Positions 16,738-26,545 of a stretch of 38,643 bases of DNA are shown here, in pieces. Origin of the DNA: a virus (lineage: Duplodnaviria > Heunggongvirae > Uroviricota > Caudoviricetes); the IMG/VR virus record IMGVR_UViG_3300042483_000604; one strand, 5' to 3'. The position numbers were made by a program, and so were the translations under genes. The notes below the pieces were generated by a model. It was not told the DNA's origin. It saw only the letters and a list, made by a program, of their open reading frames with translations, and did no database searches. The stretch's first letter is position 1, and the number at the start of each line of letters is the position of its first letter.

Positions 16738-18375
16738 TTAGATACCTCCGTACATAATATATGCTAAAGCATAGTAAGGCGGTAGGTTTTTATTAGTACC
16801 TGATTCCCCTGTCGGTGAGTCTTCTACGAATACATTCTGCCCTACACCTGTTCCTTTCAACCCTGTCGTATTATTGTATATTTGACCACTTGTTGCTGCT
16901 GTAGCTTCTGCATCTCCTCCCTGTACCTGTCTATTCCCATTACCGTTATCACTGACGTTTGTGTTAATATTATGTGTGTGCCCCGGGTCTACTATCCTTA
17001 TATTGTGTGAATGCTGTACAACTACTGCATCTTTGGTACCACCGGTTGTTGTTGCTGTACCTGTCACATTAGTTGTTGGTGTTACTCCGTAGTTTGTAGT
17101 AGCTCCTATTATAAACTTGTCCTGTAGATTTGGTGTTACTATTCCGTTTATAGTTTGTCCATTACATAAGTACCATCCTGTTGGGATTGCTGAGTAAGTT
17201 CCTGACCAAAGTATAATACCTCCTTTTGGAATTGGTGCTGCATCTATCTTCTGTACTAGTCCTGCTGATGTTGCTACTAAAGCACTTGTTGTTGCTGCAG
17301 AACCTGCTGATAGTAATTTTATAGTTGCATTCCCTGTAGTCGTAAAAGAACCTGTTACAATAGTGTCTCCGTTTACATCCAATTTAGCATTAGGTGTAGG
17401 AGTATTGATTCCCACATCCCCAGCTTGGGTAATTCTCATATTTTCTGTCCCTACTGTTGCAAAAGTTAATCCAAAGAATCCAGATAAGTTAACAGGGTTT
17501 GTTCCGCTTACTTTACTTAACCCATAATGTGCATAAGTATCTCCTGATGAGCCTGTAGCATAGTTATCCCAAACTCTAAAACCTATTTTCCCGTTTACAA
17601 TTTCTGTTGAGATATTACCATTTACAAGTAGTTTTTCTTGTGTAGTACTTGTTCCAATACTTACTTCATCTCTAAAATACCCTCTACCTTCTACATGTAT
17701 TGCTCTTGTAGGTAACAATGTACCTATACCTAATCCTACAGGAGTCCATGCCCCTACCCCTGTGGTTGTATTGCTTCCTATATTAATTATAAGGTGACCT
17801 GGTTGTTGTGGTTTTGTACCGAAGACCGGATCAGTAGGTATGTATGTTTTTATGTATAGATTATTGTTATTGTTGTTATCTTTTCCTATAGTACCCATAA
17901 AAGTAGATCCTTGGTAGAAGTCTACAGTAGCTTTCTTAGCCTGACTGTTACCGGAAGTGGTGCTCTCTAACCTTAATGTGGCTGGAGTAATAGTTGAACC
18001 TACTGCATGTATTTTTGTATTGATTGCAGGAATAGTTGCTCCTATTCCTAATTGCTGTGAAGTAGTGTATATGAACCCTGTATCTGCATCTAATCTAGGA
18101 TCTGTAGCATGTCTAAATTGAATGTTCCTTGGATTTCCTGCTACCACAAGTGTTGGATTGTTTCCTGTAGTTGGTTGTAATTCAATCTCTACAGACCTAG
18201 CAGGTCCGAAATTGTCATCCTGTGACATATTTAGGTTTGCACTCCCTGTGTACCATAGGTAAAGTCGGTTAGTATCTGTATCTACGGACGCTGAATAGAA
18301 GAAAGATGAGAAATTTCTATCCATCTCATTATAGGTAAGTGCTGATGCTTTATTTGTTCTTAATTGTATTGCCAT
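16738..18375 (-). CDS. Tail fibre / baseplate protein with tail-collar domain (T4 gp10/gp12-like C-terminus)
   Basis: IPKGGIILWSG..IPTGWYLCNG..TPNLQDKFIIGA, HSH/HTH motifs, NLPPYYALAYIM; same N-terminal anchor as 14866..16698. Confidence 0.8.
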   Translation of the reverse strand: MAIQLRTNKASALTYNEMDRNFSSFFYSASVDTDTNRLYLWYTGSANLNMSQDDNFGPARSVEIELQPTTGNNPTLVVAGNPRNIQFRHATDPRLDADTGFIYTTSQQLGIGATIPAINTKIHAVGSTITPATLRLESTTSGNSQAKKATVDFYQGSTFMGTIGKDNNNNNNLYIKTYIPTDPVFGTKPQQPGHLIINIGSNTTTGVGAWTPVGLGIGTLLPTRAIHVEGRGYFRDEVSIGTSTTQEKLLVNGNISTEIVNGKIGFRVWDNYATGSSGDTYAHYGLSKVSGTNPVNLSGFFGLTFATVGTENMRITQAGDVGINTPTPNAKLDVNGDTIVTGSFTTTGNATIKLLSAGSAATTSALVATSAGLVQKIDAAPIPKGGIILWSGTYSAIPTGWYLCNGQTINGIVTPNLQDKFIIGATTNYGVTPTTNVTGTATTTGGTKDAVVVQHSHNIRIVDPGHTHNINTNVSDNGNGNRQVQGGDAEATAATSGQIYNNTTGLKGTGVGQNVFVEDSPTGESGTNKNLPPYYALAYIMYGGI

Positions 18376-18385
18376 ATTACTTATT

Positions 18386-19459
18386 TTATATATCTATTTT
18401 TACAATGAAAGTCATATCTGTGTTTGCAGATTTTGGTACTGGTTGACCTAATTTCCCTACTGCTATTAATTCGTTTGCATCGTTGTATAGTCCAACTGTT
18501 GTTATATAGGGTTGGAAATAACTTCCTGTTATATTACTGTTTAAATCTCCTGCTGATGAAGGAAGTGTATTTGAATACTCTGTTCCATCGTTATAGTAGG
18601 TTGTTTTTATTGAACTACTTATTGCTGAAGGATTATATGTATGGTTGAATTCTGACTCTCTAACTCTACAGTGATAGTTATGTGTATAAATAGGGTGATT
18701 AGATTTCCATCTTATTGTTCCATCCACATAATTCATTAGGTAATTTGCTACAAGCTCGTCTGTAAGAATAATTTGACCATGAGTATATATTACATTTCCT
18801 ACATACTTTTTAGGGTTAGAACATTTTAAATAAAGATTACCTTCTCCATCGTCTACTATTGTAGAAGAGTACCCTTCTGGTATGTCTAAGTATTCTCCTC
18901 CAGCTGCTGGTGTTTCCTCTACGTAATCTCCTTCATTACTTAAGTAATCGTTACCTATTGTAGCACAGGCGTTAGGTGTAGATCCGTATATGTTAAAGAA
19001 GTCTTCTACGTAATCATCTTCAGAATTTTCTCTAGCGTAAGAGGATAGTACATAACTTGAAGAAACTCCTGATTCAGGTACTATCTCTAAAGAGAAAGGC
19101 TCTATGTGAGTACCTACAATATCTCTTGGCATAGAGTAAACCCCTATGTAAGACTTTATATTTCTAGATCCACTAGTGTATGAAGATTGTAAGAAGTTTT
19201 CGTAAGATCCTGTAGTTGTAATACTTCCGCTTTGGAATAAACTGTAATATAAGTGGTTTATGCTTTGGAAAATTAATCTCTTATATGAAATACTTTGTAT
19301 TTCGTTTACAGGTAAGTAGTAATTTGAAGAACCGGAGATACCTGAAAGTGTCTCTATATTATTTGCGCTATATTCACTACCAGATACTGCCCAAGATTTT
19401 CGGGCAGTGTAGGTTGTGATGTAAGCATCTTGCTTGTTTAGTTTTTTGTAAGCACTCAT
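18386..19459 (-). CDS. Baseplate/fibre-attachment structural protein
   Basis: C-terminal PYITTVGLYNDANELIAVGKL, paralogous to 19463..20497 and similar to tail-fibre attachment (DUF3751-like) domains. Confidence 0.65.
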   Translation of the reverse strand: MSAYKKLNKQDAYITTYTARKSWAVSGSEYSANNIETLSGISGSSNYYLPVNEIQSISYKRLIFQSINHLYYSLFQSGSITTTGSYENFLQSSYTSGSRNIKSYIGVYSMPRDIVGTHIEPFSLEIVPESGVSSSYVLSSYARENSEDDYVEDFFNIYGSTPNACATIGNDYLSNEGDYVEETPAAGGEYLDIPEGYSSTIVDDGEGNLYLKCSNPKKYVGNVIYTHGQIILTDELVANYLMNYVDGTIRWKSNHPIYTHNYHCRVRESEFNHTYNPSAISSSIKTTYYNDGTEYSNTLPSSAGDLNSNITGSYFQPYITTVGLYNDANELIAVGKLGQPVPKSANTDMTFIVKIDI

Positions 19460-19462
19460 TCA

Positions 19463-20497
19463 TTAATAATCCAACTTGATTCTTACTAATGCTTCTTTTG
19501 TGAAATCCTTTAAGAGTGGTTTAGATAGTTTTGCTACTGCTAAAAGGTCATTATTATCGTTATATAACCCTACTGTTGTAATATATGCTTGAGGTGTATT
19601 GATCATAATATCATGTCTCAATTCTCCTGAACCTGTAATGTTAGAAGGGTTTGTTGAATAATTAAATTCACTATTTCTTACTCTAACAAATATATAGTTT
19701 GAAGATACTGTTTCTTCTGCTTGTGCTTCAAAGTACAATCCTCCTGAGATAGCATTGTAGAATTTTCTTGTATTTTCACTATCAGTAATAGGGCCAACAG
19801 CTTGAACTGTAGCTAAGTCTATACCTCCTGCTCCGGCTGTATCGTCTAATGCTTCTCCGTTAAGTACTATGATTCCTACATCTGGTAAAAATTTACCGTA
19901 ACTTCCTCCTGTTTGGTTATATCCACTGGTTGCAGATGTAACGTTAAGGTCCCATGGTTGCCCGTTTGATCCACTAATAACGTCGTAAACTCTTCCTGAG
20001 TCTACATAAGAGATAGTTGTTAATGCTTTACTATTATCTGTTAAGGATATAACATCTCCGTTTGGACCTTTTAGTTTTAAGTTAAAACTACCTGGTAGTA
20101 GTTTTTCTTTATACCTACTTCTGTCTATAGAGATTACATAAATGTAGTCAGAAGATTGATTTTGAAATTGAAAAACTGTATCTTCATCTCCAAATACTAA
20201 ATTCCTATACTGTCCGTATATTGTCGCTGATGGTGATTTTCCTGCTGCTCCTACGTTATAGTTTACTGATCCTCTCCCTAATCTATCTCCATAGGTAATT
20301 CCCATTTGAGCTACTGCTGTAGCATCATTGTTGATATTTGCATTAAATATCCTAGTGTAGTATTCTCCAGAAGTGGAGTACTGAGCAGATGATGTAAAAA
20401 ATGTAGTTAACAATTTACTATTTGTAGACCATAGAGGAGTTACTACTGACTCTGCACTGATGGATATATCTTCTGGATCTAATCTTTTAAATGCCAT
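19463..20497 (-). CDS. Baseplate/fibre-attachment structural protein (paralog of the downstream gene)
   Basis: RVRNSEFNYSTNPS...YITTVGLYNDNNDLLAVAKL...IKLDY versus RVRESEFNHTYNPS...VKIDI. Confidence 0.65.
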   Translation of the reverse strand: MAFKRLDPEDISISAESVVTPLWSTNSKLLTTFFTSSAQYSTSGEYYTRIFNANINNDATAVAQMGITYGDRLGRGSVNYNVGAAGKSPSATIYGQYRNLVFGDEDTVFQFQNQSSDYIYVISIDRSRYKEKLLPGSFNLKLKGPNGDVISLTDNSKALTTISYVDSGRVYDVISGSNGQPWDLNVTSATSGYNQTGGSYGKFLPDVGIIVLNGEALDDTAGAGGIDLATVQAVGPITDSENTRKFYNAISGGLYFEAQAEETVSSNYIFVRVRNSEFNYSTNPSNITGSGELRHDIMINTPQAYITTVGLYNDNNDLLAVAKLSKPLLKDFTKEALVRIKLDY

Positions 20498-20500
20498 ATC

Positions 20501-21160
20501 TTATTGATTTACTTTTACTATAGTTACTGGAATAGTTAATCTAGCACCTGAATCTCTACCAATCACTGTAAGTGTTGTTTGAAGTGATGTATTATCTCCA
20601 AATAGTGTATTAATTGTTGTTGCAGTTATGTTGATAGAAGTTCCAATTACTGCTTTAGAAACGTTTGTTCCTAGGGTAGTAGTTGAGTTTAATCTTTCAG
20701 CTTCTGAGGTATTAATACCTACTCCATTAAATGTATTTGTTACTCTAGCGTCTGCAATAGTTGCTACATATCCTCCAGCTTCAAAAGTTTGAGAAGATCC
20801 TAAATAATTTAATGTTTGAGGAGTAATTGCAAGTGATGCTCCTTGTTTTAATCTAATAGCCGAGAATCCTAAATCTAGAATTGGTAACTTAGCAGTTCCT
20901 CTTGGAAGAGTTGTAAGTTTATACTTCATGATTTGAGTTTCATCCGGAAATGCTTCTAGTAGTGGCATTTTTTCAATAGCCTCTCCATAATATGCTGATC
21001 CATTTGGATGTGTTGGATTATATAATGTGTAATCAATCTCATCATCTGCTAAAGCAAATTGAGTGATTTTGAAAGAACCATCACCTCTTGCAAGTAATTC
21101 TCTTCCTTTTTTAGTTAAAATTGCATCAACTGTTACAATTGAATTATCTAAGTATCCCAT
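20501..21160 (-). CDS. Conserved baseplate structural protein
   Basis: AILTKKGRELLA..FKITQFALADDEIDY resembles the N-terminus of fibre-attachment domains; position in the baseplate module. Confidence 0.6.
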   Translation of the reverse strand: MGYLDNSIVTVDAILTKKGRELLARGDGSFKITQFALADDEIDYTLYNPTHPNGSAYYGEAIEKMPLLEAFPDETQIMKYKLTTLPRGTAKLPILDLGFSAIRLKQGASLAITPQTLNYLGSSQTFEAGGYVATIADARVTNTFNGVGINTSEAERLNSTTTLGTNVSKAVIGTSINITATTINTLFGDNTSLQTTLTVIGRDSGARLTIPVTIVKVNQ

Positions 21161-21179
21161 TTTGTGTTTTTTATCTTAT

Positions 21180-21187
21180 TATAAATA
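21180..21187 (-). promoter_or_regulatory. Putative late promoter TATTTATA
   Basis: Intergenic, 19 nt upstream of the ATG at 21160. Confidence 0.5.
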
Positions 21188-21214
21188 TACGTTTTTTTAT
21201 TATTTTATACAACC

Positions 21215-22450
21215 CTAAGTTATACACAGACTACTGCTACTATAAACTAACCCGTATTCATCTGTCTCTAGTATCTCTTTTGAATCTTTTACCCATATTC
21301 TAGAATTTGTTGAATTTACAATTTTTGCACTTGTATTATCTACTTTAAAAATCTTTAAAGGCTTTACTGTAAGAATTTTACCGTATTGCGGCAAGGTTGT
21401 AGGTGCTGTATTTAGGTATCCTCTTGTTACTATCAATGTATTTGGTAAACCTCCTATTCCTGGTCTAATTCCAGTTACCCTTAATTTTTCTGATAGTATT
21501 ACTCCTGTGTCTTTATTTTGGATCTGTAATATACTGCCTATTTCGACAGGACTTATATCAAGTGAACTGGTTGTTCCGTATGCTAGAGAAATAACAGGCG
21601 CAAGATTTTGTTGCAATAATTCATACTTTGTACTTACAAGTCCGTCGAAAGAAGGTGTCTCCTGGTCTCCTGTAAATAGAAATTCTGTCGTTACCCTATC
21701 TGTTAATGATCTTGAACATATTAACTGATATGCAGAGGATGATGGATTCTGTTCTCCTACAAATGTTTTAGCTGTTATTGCAGGTGGAATTCCTTTATAA
21801 CTCTGTGCATCTGTTGTTGATCCTCTATACCTTGCGTTACTCCATCCTGTAGATGAGTAATTACTGTCTTGTATTTGTGCTTTTTCTGCTGAACCTGATA
21901 ATATTTTCGGTAGGTTTGTAGGATTTACTCCTGATCCTACCCTGTCTGATTGCTGTATGTAAGTGGAGTTTCTATTTACCAGTGCATTACTGATTAATGG
22001 ATTGAAATCACTATATTCGTACTTCTCATCTTGAACATAAGGTAGAAAAGCAACCTCTATTTGATCTACTCCTCCTTGATCTTCATTATTAGGAGTTCTA
22101 TTAAATTCTATCGGCAATATTTCAAAGTAGTAGTAATCACTTATTGGATTACTAAAACTATTAGGATACTTAGACCTACTTTCGATAGGTATTAAATATA
22201 CCTGCCCATCTACAACAAATCGGATGCTGGTTGCAGTTAGTAGTACATTCTCTAGATCTATTTGATTTAGAGGTGATGTCTGTAAACTCCAATCTCTCCT
22301 TGTAGCAACTGTTACAGTAACCCCTGTTACCATAACCTTGTTAGCGTTGTCTGTAGGATGTGGTTCACAGCATACATTTATACTGGCATCCTTATTTATA
22401 TTGGTAAGGTTGTCTGTTTGATGTAAGAAAAGGAATGTTGCTATATTCAT
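21215..22450 (-). CDS. Putative baseplate-associated structural protein
   Basis: Gene context; AQIQDSNYSSTGWSNARYRGS segment; function not otherwise assignable. Confidence 0.55.
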   Translation of the reverse strand: MNIATFLFLHQTDNLTNINKDASINVCCEPHPTDNANKVMVTGVTVTVATRRDWSLQTSPLNQIDLENVLLTATSIRFVVDGQVYLIPIESRSKYPNSFSNPISDYYYFEILPIEFNRTPNNEDQGGVDQIEVAFLPYVQDEKYEYSDFNPLISNALVNRNSTYIQQSDRVGSGVNPTNLPKILSGSAEKAQIQDSNYSSTGWSNARYRGSTTDAQSYKGIPPAITAKTFVGEQNPSSSAYQLICSRSLTDRVTTEFLFTGDQETPSFDGLVSTKYELLQQNLAPVISLAYGTTSSLDISPVEIGSILQIQNKDTGVILSEKLRVTGIRPGIGGLPNTLIVTRGYLNTAPTTLPQYGKILTVKPLKIFKVDNTSAKIVNSTNSRIWVKDSKEILETDEYGLVYSSSSLCIT

Positions 22451-22465
22451 TTTTATTTTTATTTA

Positions 22466-25400
22466 TTAAAGTGTAGACCAACTTGCACCTGTACCTGGGC
22501 CATGGAGACTGTTACATAGTATTACTCCTGTATTAGCGCTGTTTGTGTTTTGAACTTGTGTATTAGGGTACCCGTTAGTGTAAAAGTATGCGTATGTTCC
22601 ATCACTATACCATCCACTTATAGGTACGTCAGTTCCAACAGTTCTTAAAAGTTTTCCTGCAGTCCATAATCCTGGGAAGTCATAAGGAGGTTGGTTAATT
22701 AGCTTTGTATAGTATACTTGTCCGAGTAGTCCTACTTCCCCTGATGAGACATTTAAAGCACCGTTTGTACATGCTTCGTTTGGACCTCCTGCACCATAGT
22801 TTATTCCTATATTTACAATCTCTGTTGCTACTCCTGATTTAAGAAGTCTAATAACTCTTTCACAATTGTCCGGTACGTTTACTAATTTAACCCACACTGC
22901 CCTAGAACCAAATGTAAAGTTCTGTGCTTGTGCAGTTGTTAGTTGCTGTATAGCAGGTACAGTAATTGCTCCCCAGTTACTAGGTTTAGCAAGTCCGGGA
23001 TATACGTAGTAGGTTGCATTTGGCAATTCTCCTTCAAAGAAAGTTGTTAAGTCTATATTAAGTACGTCATTTCCATAATCTCCTGCAAAGAGGTCAATTT
23101 GTGTATCTTCCTGTGGTGACAAGAAACAGTTATAAAATGCTCTACTTACTGATGTTTTACAGGTAGGGTCATATGTATCTGCTACAGTAACGGTATACCT
23201 GTCCCCTGTAATACCGCCGACAAATGTATAAGTAGAGGTTCCTGGAGGAAGTGGTACCGGTGTTTCGTTATTCTTCTGTACTGTATACACTACTTGAGTG
23301 TTTACGCCTAGTGGGAACCAGTTTGCGAAGTTATAACTTGCTCCTGCTATTATATAGTTTGGTGCTGTAATAGGTCCTAATGTACAAGCTACGGTACGGA
23401 AGTTTACCGTTTCGTAACATGTCTCGTTTGATCGTCCGTATATAACTGTTGAGTTGTATTGAGGAGCTGTAAAAGTGTACGTAGATGGAATTACTTGTCC
23501 TGTTGCAGAATTAAGACGGTATACTGTATTAACAGGTGCTGATACTCCATTTTCTCCGAATAGTGGACCTAGTGCGTATGGAATATTTGGCTTTACAGTA
23601 AATGTATCGTTGGCTAATGGCTTTAGTGTACATGTTCCTGGTGGCAGGTCTTCATAAAACTTTATATTAAACTGAACTCTTGGTGGGATTCCTTTCTTTA
23701 ATACATTATTATTATTAAGCTCTCCTGTTGTTACTCTAATAAAACTATTTGCTAATTCTCCATCAAACTTTGCTTCTTCTTTGTTTTTAGCAAGTGATAC
23801 GGTTCTTCCTATTGGTGTTTCTACCACCTGTTTGTAAGAAGCTGTATATTCTACTACTGCTCCAAAAGTATCTCCGTGATATCCTTCCGTGAAAGCTGTA
23901 TTAATAGATGATGTATAGTTGAAAGCATTATCCATTGAAGCAGATAGAATTGTATCTACGGATGCTTTTACTGATTTTGCTTTTGATCTATTAAGTAAAT
24001 TTGGTTTAATTATTATACCCGTATCTGCTACTGTTCTAGCAGGTACAAAGTCTTTAACCATCTTAAAGATTACGTTATCAAAAAATTTAATTAACCTAAC
24101 ATATGCTCTTACATCGTATTGTGATAAATTTCCTAATATGTCTTCTGCTACTTTATAAAGACCCTCGTAATCTGGGAGTATTAGATTGCTTGGATCTCCT
24201 ATATACTGATCTATATTGAATGTAGCCAGATTTGGATCTGCTAATGATTTAGATATAATATACTTATCTACGTTATCTGTTGGAGAAAATCCTACTTCAA
24301 TAACATGTAAGTCATCTGTATACTTATTATCTCTTTTTATTATAGATGTATAGCTTGATAGAGTATCTCCTGGTATGATACTTCCTGTATTGTCAATTCT
24401 TATCTTATCTAAAGAACTTGTATAGTACTGGTAGTCTCCGTAGAATGGTCTTTCATTTGTATTTCTACCTCCATATAGTTTTATATTTAATATATCTGAA
24501 GGAATACCAAAACAGTTTATAAGTGCTCTTAGTCCTCTCTCTGTACCTTTTGTTTTTAGTAAATAAGAAAGGTTATGGTAAATTCTTTTTTGGATCTCTT
24601 TTTCATAAGTATCAAAAGAAGAAGGCTCAATAGGTGTATTAGATCCTATTAATGATCCTGTTATATAAAAATTAATCTTCTCACTTCCAGATATATAACC
24701 CTGTCCTATAAAGCTTGAAAACAAGTCTTCAATAGACTTATTAGAAGTATATAATTTAACTCCAAAATTCTTTAAAGCTTCTCCAACTAAGTCTTTAGAA
24801 ATACCTTTGTTCATTCTATTATCAGCATCATACTTATCTGTTACTGCATCTGCATATAACCATAAGTTATCAAAATGCTGACCTATCATATGAATAAATG
24901 TCAGGTAATTCTCATTATTTACATCTTCTCTAAGGTATGATGGTATGGAAAATATTAATGAATTATAATTTGTATTATCATATGAAATTGCTTCTGCAAC
25001 TTGGTTGGAATACCATAGAATTGATTGTGGTGTAGTACTTACTTGGTTCTGGTATGGTTTACTATTATTTGATTTTGGCCAACTAGAACTTCCTGATTCA
25101 TAATATAAGAATCTTTCGTAATGATCGAAGTTATTTAAAACTCCTTCCATTAATCCTTCAAAATATGTTCTACTTCCTGATATTCCTTGAAGACCTTGTA
25201 CTCCTTGAGTACTTGGTGTTTGATTATCTATAGCTGATAGACTTGCAGAGTATGATGTAACTAAGTCTAATTTATACTTAAAATTAATTAATCTCTCTTG
25301 AGCTGATGAAAAATGTATAAAGTCACTATATGATGTATGGTCAATACTTATTTCAACTCCTTTTTCGTTAACTAGAGAGAATAGTTGACTATTTGCATTA

Positions 25401-26206
25401 TTTACTGGGTAGCTAAATAATTCATCGTAGTTAAAGTATTGGGTAGGTATGATGTTCTCATCTTGTATTTCTATATTGAAGTTAGCAGGTTTTAGAGTTG
25501 GTAATACTACCGGTTCTGGTGTTATTTCAGATTGTACTTCGTATGCAAGAGAATCAGCTACTAATTCAACTACTCTTAACTTACTCTTTATTCCATAAGT
25601 AAAAGGTAGTGGTTCGTATAGTTTTACTGTTACTTCTTTCTCTGTTAAGTTATCTAAGGTATCTATGTTGATACCGATAAGTAAATCGTTATCACCAAAA
25701 TTTAATCTAAACTCATTAAAGAAAGCTTCGTTATTTAATTTATCCTTTATTACAGTGGTAAATCTTTCTAGATCTGTAGGGGATAATGTTAATGAAGCAA
25801 GTTTTAATTCTGTTCTATCTGGTGAGATGTCTTGTATGTAAAGCTCTGCAGTTGAGGTATTATCTGTAAATAGGTCGTTTAAGAAGTGGTATAGTAACTT
25901 AACTCCTCCATTACCGTAATCAAAAGCTATACTATCCTGTATAGGATCTATTGTAAGTACTGATGTCCCTTCTTGTCCTGCAGATTGAGCGTTTCCTAAC
26001 TGTTTATAACCTCTATAATCATATTCACTAAATAGTATCTCATCACTAAGTGTTAATAGGTGAAGTTCAACTACATGCTTACTGGTATCAAAAGAACTAT
26101 TTACTTCAAAAGAAGAAATTAACTGTGTATCCTCTGTAGAATATCTTTCAACACCTGCTATATTTTCCGGTATGTCTCTACTAGCTATATAATTTATTTC
26201 TGCCAT
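22466..26206 (-). CDS. Large baseplate wedge protein (gp7/P2 gpI-like core) with C-terminal Cys-containing repeats
   Basis: IPSYL..FIHMIGQHFD and LLKTKGTERGLRALINCFG wedge motifs, KMVKDFVPART; variable beta-rich tail. Confidence 0.65.
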   Translation of the reverse strand: MAEINYIASRDIPENIAGVERYSTEDTQLISSFEVNSSFDTSKHVVELHLLTLSDEILFSEYDYRGYKQLGNAQSAGQEGTSVLTIDPIQDSIAFDYGNGGVKLLYHFLNDLFTDNTSTAELYIQDISPDRTELKLASLTLSPTDLERFTTVIKDKLNNEAFFNEFRLNFGDNDLLIGINIDTLDNLTEKEVTVKLYEPLPFTYGIKSKLRVVELVADSLAYEVQSEITPEPVVLPTLKPANFNIEIQDENIIPTQYFNYDELFSYPVNNANSQLFSLVNEKGVEISIDHTSYSDFIHFSSAQERLINFKYKLDLVTSYSASLSAIDNQTPSTQGVQGLQGISGSRTYFEGLMEGVLNNFDHYERFLYYESGSSSWPKSNNSKPYQNQVSTTPQSILWYSNQVAEAISYDNTNYNSLIFSIPSYLREDVNNENYLTFIHMIGQHFDNLWLYADAVTDKYDADNRMNKGISKDLVGEALKNFGVKLYTSNKSIEDLFSSFIGQGYISGSEKINFYITGSLIGSNTPIEPSSFDTYEKEIQKRIYHNLSYLLKTKGTERGLRALINCFGIPSDILNIKLYGGRNTNERPFYGDYQYYTSSLDKIRIDNTGSIIPGDTLSSYTSIIKRDNKYTDDLHVIEVGFSPTDNVDKYIISKSLADPNLATFNIDQYIGDPSNLILPDYEGLYKVAEDILGNLSQYDVRAYVRLIKFFDNVIFKMVKDFVPARTVADTGIIIKPNLLNRSKAKSVKASVDTILSASMDNAFNYTSSINTAFTEGYHGDTFGAVVEYTASYKQVVETPIGRTVSLAKNKEEAKFDGELANSFIRVTTGELNNNNVLKKGIPPRVQFNIKFYEDLPPGTCTLKPLANDTFTVKPNIPYALGPLFGENGVSAPVNTVYRLNSATGQVIPSTYTFTAPQYNSTVIYGRSNETCYETVNFRTVACTLGPITAPNYIIAGASYNFANWFPLGVNTQVVYTVQKNNETPVPLPPGTSTYTFVGGITGDRYTVTVADTYDPTCKTSVSRAFYNCFLSPQEDTQIDLFAGDYGNDVLNIDLTTFFEGELPNATYYVYPGLAKPSNWGAITVPAIQQLTTAQAQNFTFGSRAVWVKLVNVPDNCERVIRLLKSGVATEIVNIGINYGAGGPNEACTNGALNVSSGEVGLLGQVYYTKLINQPPYDFPGLWTAGKLLRTVGTDVPISGWYSDGTYAYFYTNGYPNTQVQNTNSANTGVILCNSLHGPGTGASWSTL

Positions 26207-26545
26207 CTACTCTATTTTTGTTTCTAAGTCAAGGATTTGTTGATTTGCTTGTAATAGCTGAATTCTTAACTGCGCTATTTCATCTAAAAGAGGTTGTATA
26301 TCTTCTGTATCTCTTTCGTAAGATATTAATTCTGAACTTTTTCTTATTAAATACTCATGTGAGTTCTCTTCTCCCTCTATATCAATTGTAAAATACAGTT
26401 TTTCATACAACCTGAATAGTTCTTCTGCTGTATCTGTATCTTCCTCTGGTATTGGTTGAGTATATGTTCTAAACCCTTTATCAATTACCTTAGAAAATTC
26501 TGTCTTATTATAGACTGTTTTTATTATTTGAATATCATTAGCCAT
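26207..26545 (-). CDS. Small baseplate-module protein with C-terminal coiled coil
   Basis: Overlaps/abuts its neighbours; LLDEIAQLRIQL heptads. Confidence 0.6.
   Translation of the reverse strand: MANDIQIIKTVYNKTEFSKVIDKGFRTYTQPIPEEDTDTAEELFRLYEKLYFTIDIEGEENSHEYLIRKSSELISYERDTEDIQPLLDEIAQLRIQLLQANQQILDLETKIE

Noticed and set aside
8644-18375. Diversity-generating retroelement or invertible tail-fibre switch
   Set aside because: No reverse transcriptase or recombinase, and no adenine-mismatched TR/VR pair or flanking inverted sites seen in the window.
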